Assembly (NCBI GenBank): GCA_964016885.1
Contig: OZ024742.1
Location: 136,028,001 to 136,092,000 of the forward strand
Source of the DNA: Eledone cirrhosa
Taxonomy: Eukaryota
Reading direction: 5' to 3'
DNA: 64,000 nucleotides
In this document: positions 1 through 13,420 of the stretch, piece by piece
How the letters are laid out: each line of letters starts with the position of its first letter
Position numbering within the stretch: the stretch's first letter is position 1
Made by a program: the position numbers and the translations under genes
The notes under the pieces: model-generated
Database searches by the model: none
Told to the model about the DNA's origin: nothing
The model's input: the letters and a program-made list of their open reading frames with translations, nothing else

Positions 1-82
1 TTGTATGTGTGGATGTGTATATTTTGAGTTGCATGTGTGCATGTGTATATGCTTTGTATCTGTACATGTGTATATGCAGTTA

Positions 83-645
83 TTAGATGCAGCATTTTTG
101 GAATGTTTTACATATTTTTACTGTTCCATTAATGGATTGTACTTGTAATTTCCTAACTAGCTGTGTTCTTTCTGTTCCTGTGAAGCCTAGCTTCTCAAGA
201 TTTGTATTGAGACAGTTACTAACATACCCCAGTGCCCCAATAATCACGGGCAATAAATCTGAAGGTGTATCAGGGTGGAGTATCTGCAGATTTCTCATCA
301 GTTCTGCATAAATATTCTCCTTTGATATTATATTGGCATCTGCTGGGCAGCTAATTTCCACTACCGTGAATGCTTTCTTCTCCCTGTCCCATATCATAAA
401 ATCTGGGTGTTATGCCTGCATTTTATTGGGGTTTTTCGTGGAACATTCCACCAGTACTCTTTCATATTATGTATATGGATGTCTTCCACATTGCTGTAGC
501 TTTTAATGTGTTTATTATCGGGGCTATCTTTTCTACGGATTGCATTGTACAGTGTTTTGGCCACTACATCACGCCTCATGGACCGCTACTGATGACATGG
601 GTGATATCCTCGATGTTAATTCTGCAGAGTCTGCACTAGTTATCA
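83..645 (-). mobile_element. 3' fragment of an RLE-type non-LTR retrotransposon (R4/Dong-like), degenerate
   Basis: Minus-strand frames give CRLC..EDITHVISS (CCHC knuckle), RDVVAKTLY (RH(D/N)-like motif), WWN.P, then a frameshift into MIWDREKKAFTVVEISCPAD and PVIIGALG, typical of the restriction-like endonuclease C-terminus. Confidence 0.8.
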
Positions 646-651
646 CATCTA

Positions 652-1080
652 GGTGTATGTATTAATGTATGTATGATTATATGTATGCATGTATGTATGT
701 ATGTATGTATGTATGTATGTATGTATGTATGTATGTATGTATGTATGTATGTATGTATAATTGTATGTACGTATGTATGTATGTATGTATGTATGTATGT
801 ATGTATGTATGAGGGTATGTACGTATGTATGTATATATATATATATATATATGTATGTATACGTATGTATGTATATATATATGTACGTATATATGTATAT
901 ATGAATGTATGTACCTATGTATGCACGTATGTATGTATGTGTGTATGTATGTATTTGTATATGTATGATTGTATGTATGTAGAAATATATGCAGGTTTGT
1001 ATGTAATTATGTATGTGTATGTGTGTATTTGCATTCATAATAGTTTAGTAGTTGTGAGTATATATATATATATATATATA
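652..1080. repeat. (TATG)n/(TA)n microsatellite
   Basis: Visible directly; source of the spurious CMYV/HTYI ORFs. Confidence 0.95.
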
Positions 1081-1139
1081 AATTAATAAAAATAATGAAA
1101 TAAACACAAAGAACAAGTTCTTTATATTAAAAAATTCAA

Positions 1140-1268
1140 CATTTTACGATCGTTTCTGGGATGTATATGTGTGTTGGTATGTATATCATATAGATCTATG
1201 TAAAAAATATTACAAATTATCCTAGGAAATATACATACTTTCACATATACATGCCGTCCTCAGAAATG
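1140..1268 (-). ncRNA. Type I hammerhead ribozyme, long stem II (A1)
   Basis: Minus strand: cattt CTGAGGA cggcatgtatatgtg...cacatatacatccca GAAA C GATC G TA aaatg; GUA cleavage triplet, palindromic stem III. Confidence 0.75.
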
Positions 1269-1274
1269 ATACAT

Positions 1275-1353
<79 letters not shown>

Positions 1354-1542
1354 GATAAATCTACCAAAAGTTTACGGTAGTGTCCAATTCGTATGAAGAA
1401 CTCAATGTAATCCGGATATCATGAAAAGAGAAGATGCATTCAAAAACTACTATCGGTGAAAAATAAACGGAAAACAGAGTCAAGATAATTTTAATAAAAT
1501 AATGTATAAACAAAGAAACAGTTCCTTATATTAAAAAAATTC

Positions 1543-1680
1543 ATCATTTTACGATCGTTTCTAGGATATATATGTGTTAGAGTTGGTATGCATATTCTAT
1601 AGATCTATGTACAATATTTATACAAACTATCAGAGGGAATATACATACCTACACATATATATGCTGTCTTCAGAAATAAT
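1543..1680 (-). ncRNA. Type I hammerhead ribozyme, long stem II (A2)
   Basis: Minus strand: attattt CTGAAGA cagcatatatatgtg...cacatatatatccta GAAA CGATCG TA aaatgat. Confidence 0.75.
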
Positions 1681-2403
1681 GATATTTGTTTATTGAAAAA
1701 AACAAAGATTCAATACAATATGTCTGTTTGGGAACAGGTTTTGAATTGACCAATAAAGAGATAGTGAGGGTCAAGATAGTAATATAGTAGTAGAAGAACC
1801 TTAAATTATGGGTAGAGGAAGGTAGATTTCAGTTTTGGATGGAAAAGAATATTATGAATGAAGGATTATTTTAGGGAAGAAATAGGTCTTATGCTGACCT
1901 CAGAAATAATTTTATTTGTTCATTGAATAAAACCAACAAAGATCTAATATATTCTGTCTGTTTGGTAAGAGGTTTAGAATTAACCAATAGAAAGTTAATA
2001 ATTGGCCAAATGGTAAAATAGTAATAATTGAAGCTTATTTTAGGGGTGAAAATAGGTCAGGTGGTCAGTAAAAGGTATACAAGCAGTTGCTGTTATAAAA
2101 TAGTAATGCCAATACAAATATCTAAGGTGACTAAAGTTTTACTATAAGAATGTTAGTGAAAAAAATACATCTATGAAAAGAATATAAATTAATTTAATTG
2201 ATGGGTATATTTATATTGATAAAATTATACTAATACATATAGATATGATAAATAAGAGTTAGATGCAGTTGAAAAGTGCTGTTAAAGATGAGGGGAAATT
2301 AAAAGAATATAAAAATAATATATATATATACTTATATATACATATATATACATATATTTCCACATACACACACACACATACACACATGTATATATATATA
2401 TAT

Positions 2404-2457
<54 letters not shown>

Positions 2458-2749
2458 GCATATATACATACATATATATATACACACACACATACACACT
2501 TACATATATATATAATTATTGGGGGGGGGGGGATTAAATTTATTAGTGAGAAATAATAAATATATATAGTTTTCAAGGAACATAGAGTCATAACCTGAAG
2601 TTAAAGCATTATATATGTTTACTTAATGGTATCAGTTTTAGGAAATGATAGTTGTAAGAAGGAAAGCAAAATTATGTAGTTCATCAGTAGTAGAATATTA
2701 ATTATAGGTTAGACTTAGACTTACCTACGACACTGACTACCTAGACAGC

Positions 2750-4264
2750 CATGACCTTAGATGTTTCTGCCCTAGTAGACCTATAAGAGGTAGACCCCCC
2801 CACCATAACCTCAATGGCAAAAAAGACTCCCATGGGAAGGTGGATTGGGTGGACCAAAGCTATACGGACCCCCCAAAACAATGATCAGGTAAGAAAAATG
2901 GTCGCACATGCAATAGGGTCTAGTATCAAAACTACCCTAAAGGGCCACATATTTAAGTTCAATGAGAAAATCTACACCCAAAATGAGGGAGCAGCCATCG
3001 GCGTCAGCATAGCTGGTGATGTTGCCAACATTTTCATGGTATGGTGGGAAAGGAGACTTAAAGTCTCCTTAATGAAAGCTCCATAAACCTCATCATGTAC
3101 TCTCGTTATGTAGACGATATCAATATAGTTATAAGAACACCCCCACTAGAGAGCACTAACAAGTTTGATTTAGAACGTAGCACGATGGAAAGCATCCAGC
3201 AGATAGCTAATTCCATACACCAGAGTATAACTGTAACTATCGACTTCCCTTCCAAACACCCTAACAATAGACTACCTGTATTAGACACAGAACTCTGGAT
3301 TAACACTATAGACGAGAGAGCCAAAATTCTCCACTCACACTATGCTAAACCCATGGCCTCCAAATACCTGATACTCAAAAACTCAGCAATGTCCAGTAGT
3401 GCTAAGTTTAATATTCTGATCGCAGATTTGGTACGAGTGATGAAGAATGTGTCCCGCATGTGCGACCCAACAGAAATGGAAAGACACATCCAACACTTCA
3501 TCAACCGCATGCAGTTCTCTGGCTACAACCAAAGAGACAGAGTCAGAGTATACGAAGGAGCCATGGAAAAGTATAAGACCCTCATAGAACTGGACATGAA
3601 AGGAATTTGCCCATTATACAGGAGCAAATCATGGAATAGCTTAGATAGGGCTAGACATAAGATAGGGAACGCCACCTCATGGTACGACAACCAGAGATAC
3701 CAGAGTGTCATGTTTGTGGACGCCACCCCTGGAGGGAAATTAGCTAACCAGTGTAGAAAGGCCCTGAGAAAGACCCACTTAAAAATAAAGGTGGTAGAAA
3801 AGCCAGGAACCACCATAAAATCCCTGATCAGCAAAACCTACCCTTTTAAGGAAACCCACTGTACCAATAGGAAATGTATCATATGTAAGGTGAACCCCCG
3901 GATAAACTGTAAAACTAGAAACGTAGTCTATGGCATAAGATGTACAGAGGGTACTTGCAGAAACATGACAACAACATACATAGGTGAGACAGCTCGTAGC
4001 ATAGGTGAAAGGATAGACCAACACTGGGGGGAACTAAAAGGACGAAAAAACGGGTCAGTACTATACGAACATGCTAGACAACAACATGACGGTAACATAG
4101 ACAACATAGAAATTAGAATAATATCTAAACATAGAAATGACCCAGCAGATAGGCAAATCAGAGAGACCAGTGAAATAGAAATTAGAAGACCAAAGCTAAA
4201 CAGAAAGAATGAATGGAATAACAACAACACCCAAACAAACAACACTGACCTAAGGGAAGTATAA
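2750..4264 (+). mobile_element. Penelope-like retroelement ORF (5'-truncated RT + GIY-YIG endonuclease), frameshifted near 3086; Naiad/Neptune-like
   Basis: ORF 2814-3086 has FKFNEKIYTQNEGAAIG..A...AN.FM. ORF 3095-4264 has RYVDD, LPVLD, CTNRKCIIC, NVVYGIRC...YIGETARSIGERIDQH, H...H and R.IRE...I....P.LN.K.EW. The two ORFs are in different frames. Confidence 0.92.
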
Positions 4265-4746
4265 ATAAGTAAATAAAATAAGATAAATAAATAAATAAAT
4301 AAATACATACACAAGCACAATAACAACAAGCACATAAACACACACTAGTCACCCATCACACAGCAAACATAACACTATACACACACGCAAACGCATGCGC
4401 AAAGAAAACAAAATAAAATAAACAAACAAGCAAATAAATAAATAAATATATAGACAGACTGAATAAAAATGGCGTAGACATACAACACAACAGGAGGAAA
4501 ATATAACACCACTGACGATGTTGCAGATGTGCAACGAAAGATTTATGATAAACTATATATATGTGTTTGTGTCTATATTGTATCTGTATTATTTTTTGAC
4601 CGTCGGTCAGTCAATGGCAACGTTGAGGACCGAGTAAGTTAGATTACCGATATAAAAGACAGCGAGAAGAGAAAACCAACCAAACGGTGAGTGTGTTCTG
4701 TTATTAATTCTGGCAATATTACACAAATATGACCCTCCCCAAGTAT

Positions 4747-4750
<4 letters not shown>
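4265..4750 (+). mobile_element. 3' UTR / pseudo-LTR of the Penelope-like element (family B)
   Basis: Follows the stop codon, contains a hammerhead, ends at (TA)n; 4505-4750 is homologous to the reverse complement of 11095-11345. Confidence 0.8.
4502..4558 (+). ncRNA. Minimal type I hammerhead ribozyme (B1)
   Basis: CTGACGA T GTTGCA gatg TGCAAC GAAA G AT T TA tgata; stem I is imperfect. Confidence 0.7.
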
Positions 4751-5297
<547 letters not shown>

Positions 5298-5528
5298 AAT
5301 TTATTTTCTTTGAATTACTAACTTTGCACAAGTTCCCTAACATTTTTTTTTTTTAAATAGCCACCCCCTCTTACAATATCTAATAGTTTTGTTTATTTAT
5401 AGCTAAATTCGAAATTACCTGCCCTTGAAGAACTCTCGCGAAGTTACTAAAGACCTCCAATCAATTTGTGGAGGTAGTTCTTTTTATATAATAAGCTGAA
5501 TGATTTAGGGTGTATAACCAAACGAAAA

Positions 5529-5728
5529 NNNNNNNNNNNNNNNNNNNNNNNNNNNNNNNNNNNNNNNNNNNNNNNNNNNNNNNNNNNNNNNNNNNNNNNN
5601 NNNNNNNNNNNNNNNNNNNNNNNNNNNNNNNNNNNNNNNNNNNNNNNNNNNNNNNNNNNNNNNNNNNNNNNNNNNNNNNNNNNNNNNNNNNNNNNNNNNN
5701 NNNNNNNNNNNNNNNNNNNNNNNNNNNN
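5529..5728. other. Assembly gap (200 N)
   Basis: Run of N; tataaccaaacgaaaa is present on both sides. Confidence 0.99.
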
Positions 5729-5802
5729 TATAACCAAACGAAAATTAAATACCTCTATCTGTCACTATATATATATATATGTGCATATATATAAATAAAT
5801 AA

Positions 5803-5878
<76 letters not shown>

Positions 5879-6279
5879 ATGTATGTATGTATATATATAT
5901 ATATGACTAAAGAAATACTAGCTTGATAGTGGGGTTTAGAACCCTCTAAGACAGGGGCCGGCAACCTTTTTGGAGAGAGAGGGCCAAACAGCTATGCAGT
6001 GTCATGGAGGAGGGCCATGTTATTAAATATGTAAATAAATTTTCTGGGGGTTTAAAGCAAAACAAGGAATTTAATATAATTTTATTTTAACAAGGCCCTT
6101 TATTTTACTGCAGGAATAACAAAAAAAAAACAAAAAAAAATACAAACACATTCAACAAAAAAAAAGCAAATTCCTTATTTTATTGCAGGAATAACAGAAA
6201 AACAACTACTATCACAATCAAAAACAAAAAAAGCAAATTCCTTGCTACAAACGAAATACAGTTAGAAATGGTAAATGAT

Positions 6280-8135
6280 TTAATAAGACACTTGTTTCTG
6301 CTTATTGTGCGATAACTTCTCCACATCAGGTGAAATATTTGTCGATGACAAGAGCAAAACATCATCCAGATGGTCGTCACGCAACCTTCTTCTTAAATGA
6401 CTTTTAGTATATTTCATTTTGGAAAAAAGTTGTTCACAAGCATATGTACTTCCAAATAATGATATCATCAGTTTCGCATTAGTCAAGATGTTTTTATATT
6501 TTCCGCTTGGCAATATATATTTCTTGTAGAAATCAGCAGTGGATTTGAACTGAAATTTCGATTTCAAAGATTCGTCGCACTAAGTCAATTAACTCCAACT
6601 GATATTCTTCTGCCACTTTCTCCACATCTGTTTCGTAAGGAGTACCAAATAACTTAAATAGAGTTTCATATTACCGGAAGTCAGCAAAACGAGAGGAAAA
6701 CTCGCTTCTCAAATCCTTAATAGAGCTCACAAAGATGTCTGGTATTATATATCTCTTGTGATTTTTGAGACTTGCGAAATGAGAGTAGTTTCCTTTTTGA
6801 AGTTGTGATTCCCGAAGTTTTCTCTCAAAAGCAGTAATTTGACCAAACAACTCAAATACAACCTTGTTCTTTCCTTGAAGCTCAAGATTCAAAGTGTTCA
6901 TGTGGGTCATGATGTCCACTAAAAAAGCTAACTTGACAACCCACTGTGGACCCTGAAAGTAAGAATTATCTTGGTCTTTGCTCTCTAAAAACATAGAAAT
7001 CTCTTCTCTCAATGCATATACTCATTCGATCATATTTCCGCGGCTAAGCTATCGAACATTTGAAAAATATGTAAGGTCGCCATACTCTGCTTCAATTTGT
7101 AAAGTCGCCATACTCTGCTTCAATTTGTTTTAGAAATTCTTGAAACTGGCGGTGATTTAGTCCTCTTGACAGTATAACATTCACTGTTTTCACGACCACT
7201 GCCATGATGTCCTTAAAATTCAGTGACTTTGCACATAATGCTTCTTGATGAATACTTGTTTCTACTTTTGGCACAAGGCCAGCAATTATCCCAGTGCATT
7301 AAGTTTGATTAGTTTTTGATCAATACCGATGTGGTTTTGGAGCAATGCAACAAACCCTTTTTTCTCTCCAACCATTTCTGGTGCTCCATCTGTGATTACT
7401 CCAGAAAGCTTTGATAAATCCAGATTCATTTCGGTAATCCATTTTATTATGCTTTCCAAAATATCTGCTCCAGTGCTAGTGTCCTTCATAGGAATCAATT
7501 GTACAAATTCTTTCACAATATCAAATGTTGGTGTTACACCCCTCACAAACACTGCAAGTTGACAAGTATCCTTCATATCTGTGGTTTCATCTATAGCAAT
7601 GGAATAATACTCCAGATCATTTAAAATGCCCTCCAAGCCACTTCTGACATTTGCTGCCAGCTCTTCAATTCTTGCCGATAAGCTGATCGCAGAAAATAAT
7701 TCCCTTCTTTCTGGACAAACAACATCTGCTACCTTCAACAATAATTCTTTGAAGAAATCTCCATCAGTAAAAGATTTCATCCTTTCTGCAATTAGTTTTG
7801 ACACCCCCGTAGCTAGTACGAGTGTCCTTTTTCACTAGAAAAGTTGAAGAAAGTGACCGCACTTTCTTCAACTTTTCTAGTGAAAAAGGATGGTTGTAAC
7901 ATTATTTCTCAGCCGTGCAACTTCGTTTACTCGTGCTTCTCGAGTAAAACTGTTGTAATGATTATGACGAGTTTCATAGTGTGCCGTTTAATATTTGAAA
8001 CTTTCTTCACGGCAATGGTTTCTTGACAAATTAAGCAAACACATTTCCCGAAGTGCTCAATGAAAAATAGAGAAGTGTCCAGTCATCGTTAAAAGTCCGG
8101 CACTCCAAATCCACTTTGCTTTTCTTAGCTTCCAT
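6280..8135 (-). pseudogene. hAT transposase (GTF2IRD2-like) pseudogene
   Basis: MEAKKSKVDLECRTFNDDW...CVCLICQE...RHYETRH, YSIAIDETTD..D..QLAVFVRG, ITDGAP.M.G, IHQEALC, LAFLVDI..H.N.LNL.LQG, FGSTYACEQLFSKMK; several frameshifts, stops and insertions. Confidence 0.93.
7256..7300 (-). mobile_element. 3' tip of octopod SINE inserted in the transposase
   Basis: ttgtttctacttttggcacaaggccagcaattatcccagtgcatt matches the SINE 3' end; another piece lies at 8760-8828. Confidence 0.8.
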
Positions 8136-9139
8136 AGTCTTGTTTTTGTTCAAACAAAAAAGATTTATGGAAAGGAAAAAGAACAAAAAGTATAATAATC
8201 AGAATGAAGAAATAAGAATCAATGAAAACAAATGTAAATGCAAATACAGTAATGCGATAAAATATGATAATTGTGAATAAATTATATAAAACCAGGTTTC
8301 TAACGGCGTTGTTAGATCAGGGTTGCCATTTGTTTTTTTAAACCACTTTTGGCCTAATTCTAATAATAATAATTCACACAATTTATCACAAATAATTAAA
8401 TAAACGTTATTATCGAATAAAGATATCTACTGAATAGTTGTTATACCACCAGACAACAAACTCAAATGAAAATACTCTGGGAAGGAGGGAACGAAGTAAT
8501 TTTTCCAAGGACAGCTTTACCTTGTGGCCGGGGGGGGGGGGGGGGGGGGCGCAGGTAAGATCAGGCAAACGAAGACGACAATAATTCACGAGTGATTTTA
8601 TTGAATGACAATATGGGTATAAAAGCGAGTCATGCGAACCGTAAGGTAGTATACCTTCTAGTCGCTGACGAAAATGCATACTTCCAGCCAATATTTGTGT
8701 TTGTTGACTGGAACAAAAACACATACATGAAATCACAGGAAATAATAATACAGGTGATATAATTGTTTCTACTTTTTGGCACAAGGCCAGCAATTACCCA
8801 GTGCATTACTGGTACTTTATTTTATCGGGCGGAAAGCCCAGAAAAAGATGAATAAGATGAAATAATAATAAATGGAAAATATAATAAGGTTACAAAGGTA
8901 TCTGTAAATATATACGGTATGAGCAGCGACTTGTGATGGGCACAACCTTGAAGTGAACTACTGTATCTGTATTCGATACTAATTAGATAATTAGTGTCCA
9001 GTGTAAGATGGCGAGCCGGAGAAATATCACTCGAGGGCCGGATGTGGCCAGGGGGTTGCCGACCCCTGCTCTAAGAAATGGAAAACTATGAGGCTAAACT
9101 CTCTTTAGTAAAAAATACATCGAAATTTCTATTCTCAGA

Positions 9140-9880
<741 letters not shown>

Positions 9881-9885
<5 letters not shown>

Positions 9886-10067
9886 TAAAAGGAAAAGAAA
9901 ATGGTGACAAATTGTTCCCAGTGAAAAATAGTTTAATTAGGAATAAGTATAAATTAGTAATAAGTATTGGTTAGTATTCAGTTTTAGTTTTAAGTTTTTA
10001 CCTGTTGCGCATTTCTAATGCTTTTCAAAAATAATCTTGAGATAGAGCGCTCGTGATGTTTGCTCTA
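9881..10067 (+). repeat. Inverted partial copy of the family B-type unit at 11095-11560
   Basis: Near-identical to the reverse complement of ~11374-11560. Confidence 0.85.
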
Positions 10068-10068
10068 A

Positions 10069-10110
<42 letters not shown>

Positions 10111-10255
10111 CGCTAATGCCAGCAAATACACGGGTTATGTCATAGTACCTAGGTGGTTCAATGCAGGAGGATGCAGAACAATAATATAAAAGACGTAAAA
10201 TAAGAAAATTTAAAAAAAAATTTTTTTTAAATTAACTTACTTACTTAAATTTTCA

Positions 10256-10335
10256 CTCCAACTAATTAGTTTCTGCAATGGGATAAAGACAGTTACGTAA
10301 TGAACTGTTGAGAATTTCATTGCGTTATCAGGGAG
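10256..10335 (-). ncRNA. Hammerhead C1 (core CTGATAA, probably impaired)
   Basis: ctcc CTGATAA cgcaatg...cattgca GAAA CTAATTAG TT ggag. Confidence 0.6.
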
Positions 10336-10837
10336 ATCTATTCTCAGCCAAGTCTCCAGGCAATGCGCGGACACTGGGGACTCATATAAAAATAATAATA
10401 ATTCGGTAAATGGAACAGCTATCGAGGACTGGATTCCAGGTACTGAAAATTCTCACTGCCACTAGTCATATGGCCGATTCTAAAGAATCAATCACGTGAC
10501 ACAGAGGCTAGTCAGTAGGAATGGGATGGTAAGATGACAGACGCCTACTAACACCCCCAAAAAATTTAGAAGTGGTTTTGGCAGGTTTGCTCGACAAATC
10601 AGTGATTTGGAGATAAATATAGATAATTTAATATATCTACTAACATAAGCGCACAGATGTACGCTAATGCCAGCAAATACACGGGTTATGTCATAGTACC
10701 TAGGTGGTTCAATGCAGGAGGATGCAGAACAATAATATAAAATACGTAAAATAGCTGTTCCATTTACCGAATTATTATCATTTTTATATGAGTTCCCAGT
10801 GTCCGCGCATTGCCTGGAGACTTGGCTGAGAATAGAT

Positions 10838-10917
10838 CTCCCTGATGACGCAATGAAATTCTCAACAGTTCATTACGTAACTGTCTTTATCCCATTGCAG
10901 AAACTAATTAGTTGGAG
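10838..10917 (+). ncRNA. Type I hammerhead ribozyme C2
   Basis: ctcc CTGATGA C GCAATG ... CATTGC A GAAA CTAATTAG TT ggag; GUU triplet; palindromic stem III AACTAATTAGTT. Confidence 0.78.
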
Positions 10918-10979
10918 TGAAAATTTAAGTAATTAAGTTAATTTTTAAAAAAAATTTTTTAAAATTTTCTTATTTTACG

Positions 10980-11048
<69 letters not shown>

Positions 11049-11094
11049 TGTGTGTATATATATATATTTAAATATATATATATATATATATATT

Positions 11095-11560
11095 GTTATA
11101 CTTAGGGAAGGTCATATTTGTGTAATATTGCCAGAATTAATAACAGAATACACTCACTGTTTGGTTGGTTTTCGCTTTTCACTTTTGTGTCTTTTATATC
11201 GGTAATCAAATTTATTCGGTCCTCAATGTTGCCATTGACTGACCAACGGTCAAAAATAATACAGATACAATATAGACACAAACACATATATATATAGTTT
11301 ATCAAAGTTCTTTCGTTGCACATCTGCAACATCGTCAGTGGTGCTATAGATTGCTCCCGTTGCATTGTATTTCTTAGAGCAAACATCACGAGCGCTCTAT
11401 CTCAAAATTATTTTTGAAAAGCATTAGAAATGCGCAACCGGTAGAAACTTAAAACTAAAACTGAATACTAACCAATACTTATTACTAATTTATACTTATT
11501 CCTAATTAAACTATTTTTCACTGGGAAAAATTTGTCACCATTTTCTTTTCCTTTTACTAA
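11095..11560 (-). mobile_element. Solo ~465-bp Penelope pLTR-like unit (family B)
   Basis: Its 3' half is homologous to 4505-4750 and it carries the same hammerhead. Confidence 0.8.
11293..11349 (-). ncRNA. Minimal hammerhead B2
   Basis: cca CTGACGA T GTTGCA gatg TGCAAC GAAA G AA C TT tga. Confidence 0.72.
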
Positions 11561-11579
11561 TATATATATATATATAATT

Positions 11580-11769
11580 GGCGGTGGATTGGCAGTATCG
11601 GTAGAGGGTCGGACGCCATGCTTTGACGCATAGAGTTACGGTCCTTGCCATTCTGAGTTCAAATCCCGCCGAGGTTTACTTTGCCTTTCATCCTTACGGG
11701 GTCGATAAAATAAAGTACCAGTAATGCACTGGGTAATTGCTGGCCTTGTGCCAAAAGTAGAAACAATTA
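11580..11769 (+). mobile_element. tRNA-derived octopod SINE, full length
   Basis: A-box-like tggcagtatcgg, B-box gagttcaaatcc, body ctttgcctttcatccttacggggtcgataaaataaagtaccag; more than 10 copies in the window. Confidence 0.85.
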
Positions 11770-11834
11770 CTAATTTTTACTTATTCCTAATTAAACTATT
11801 TTTCACTGGGAAAAATTCGTCACGATTTGTCACG

Positions 11835-12019
11835 AACGAATTGTGGTAAGGAACCAGATGGACCATAACACACCAGAGTACTCAATACTTAGGGTAGTAG
11901 AGTGGGTAATAGTAAAATGTATGACACCGACGGCAGAGCTCAAACCGTATCGACGGCTATTTCAGTCCAGAAATAGCCGTCGAAACGACTTGACCTCTGC
12001 CTTCGGTGTCATACATTTT

Positions 12020-12022
<3 letters not shown>
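11835..12022 (+). repeat. Short fold-back element (family S), copy 2
   Basis: Homologous to 5083-5245; the inverted arm starts agtccagaaatagccg. Confidence 0.8.
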
Positions 12023-12063
<41 letters not shown>

Positions 12064-12352
12064 CAAATAACGAAACGAAATTAAATTTCGTTTCGTTTGT
12101 AACTCACTTTTGTATGACTGACGCTTAAACAATTAAGTTAAAAACGTACATCTACATATGCATACTGAAATACTAGTGTGTATATGAATACACACACGTA
12201 TACATATGTAGGTGTACCAAGTCTTTCACTGGTCGCTTTGCAGTGAGCGGCCAGCTATTCTGTATGTAAACACACAGACAAACCGGTTTTTAGAGTCATA
12301 CTGGTTTTTCGGGGGAACACCTTCCCCCTATTCTCCAGAAAGCCAGACAAGG

Positions 12353-12397
12353 AATATTGAACTAGTTTCGTTGTTGTTACAACTCATCAGCAATATT
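12353..12397 (-). ncRNA. Minimal type I hammerhead D1
   Basis: aatattg CTGATGA GTTG taacaa CAAC GAAA C TA G TT caatatt. Confidence 0.9.
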
Positions 12398-12819
12398 TAC
12401 CTATCTACCGGCCCTTCTGGAGAATTGTAAAAGCACATATCGTTATATGCTTTTTCTATGAAAATTAGTAGTGGGCAGACTAATTTGCATAGAGTGTGAG
12501 TACGCACCGGTTCAGCGGAGACGATAAAAACAAATAACGAAACGAAATTAAATTTCGTTTCGTTTGTAACTCACTTTTGTATGACTGACGCTTAAACAAT
12601 TAAGTTAAAAACGTACATCTACATATGCATACTGAAATACTAGTGTGTATATGAATACACACACGTATACATATGTAGGTGTACCAAGTCTTTCACTGGT
12701 CGCTTTGCAGTGAGCGGCCAGCTATTCTGTATGTAAACACACAGACAAACCGGTTTTTAGAGTCATACTGGTTTTTCGGGGGAACACCTTCCCCCTATTC
12801 TCCAGAAAGCCAGACAAGG

Positions 12820-12864
12820 AATATTGAACTAGTTTCGTTGTTGTTACAACTCATCAGCAATATT
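12820..12864 (-). ncRNA. Minimal type I hammerhead D2
   Basis: Identical to D1, 467 bp away. Confidence 0.9.
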
Positions 12865-13375
12865 TACCTATCTACCGGCCCTTCTGGAGAATTGTAAAAG
12901 CACATATCGTTATATGCTTTTTCTATGAAAATTAGTAGTGGGCAGACTAATTTGCATAGAGTGTGAGTACGCACCGGTTCAGCGGAGACGATAAAAACAA
13001 GTAACGAAACGAAATTAAATTTCGTTTCGTTTGTAACTCACTTTTGTATGACTGACGCTTAAACAATTAAGTTAAAAACGTACATCTACATATGCATACT
13101 GAAATACTAGTGTGTATATGAATACACACACGTATACATATGTAGGTGTACCAAGTCTTTCACTGGTCGCTTTGCAGTGAGCGGCCAGCTATTCTGTATG
13201 TAAACACACAGACAAACCGGTTTTTAGAGTCATACTGGTTTTTCGGGGGAACACCTTCTGAACCGGTGCGTACTCACACTCTATGCAAATTAGTCTGCCC
13301 ACTACTAATTTTCATAGAAAAAGCATATAACGATATGTGCTTTTACAATTCTCCAGAAGGGCCGGTAGATAGGTA

Positions 13376-13420
13376 AATATTGCTGATGAGTTGTAACAAC
13401 AACGAAACTAGTTCAATATT
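13376..13420 (+). ncRNA. Minimal type I hammerhead D3 (inverted copy)
   Basis: aatattgCTGATGAgttgtaacaacaacGAAActagttcaatatt read on the + strand. Confidence 0.9.

Larger units (their letters stand above)
1085..1690 (-). repeat. Two diverged direct copies (~400 bp apart) of a hammerhead-bearing pLTR-like unit (family A)
   Basis: 1090-1270 resembles 1495-1680 (aagttc-ttatattaaaaa...ttttacgatcgtttct...tagatctatgt...tcagaaat). Confidence 0.75.
5952..9068 (-). mobile_element. hAT DNA transposon (Buster/Charlie/SPIN-like), full length, inactivated
   Basis: 15-bp TIRs caggggccggcaacc (5952-5966) and ggttgccgacccctg (9054-9068), 14/15 match; 8-bp TSD ctctaaga (5944-5951, 9069-9076) with the central TA typical of the Buster group. 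Confidence 0.95.
10110..10987. repeat. Family C: 551-bp unit, partial direct repeat, inverted partial copy
   Basis: acgctaatgccagcaaatacacggg at 10110 and 10661; 10751-10987 is the reverse complement of ~10186-10421; flanked by (TA)n. Confidence 0.9.

Noticed and set aside
5513-5744. 16-bp direct repeat flanking the N gap
   Set aside because: Most simply a contig overlap or collapsed repeat at the gap.
10822-10868. Alternative type III hammerhead fold for family C
   Set aside because: Stems I and II would have at most 1 bp; the type I fold with long stem II is much better.
11580-11680. tRNA gene
   Set aside because: A/B boxes belong to SINE heads; no cloverleaf.
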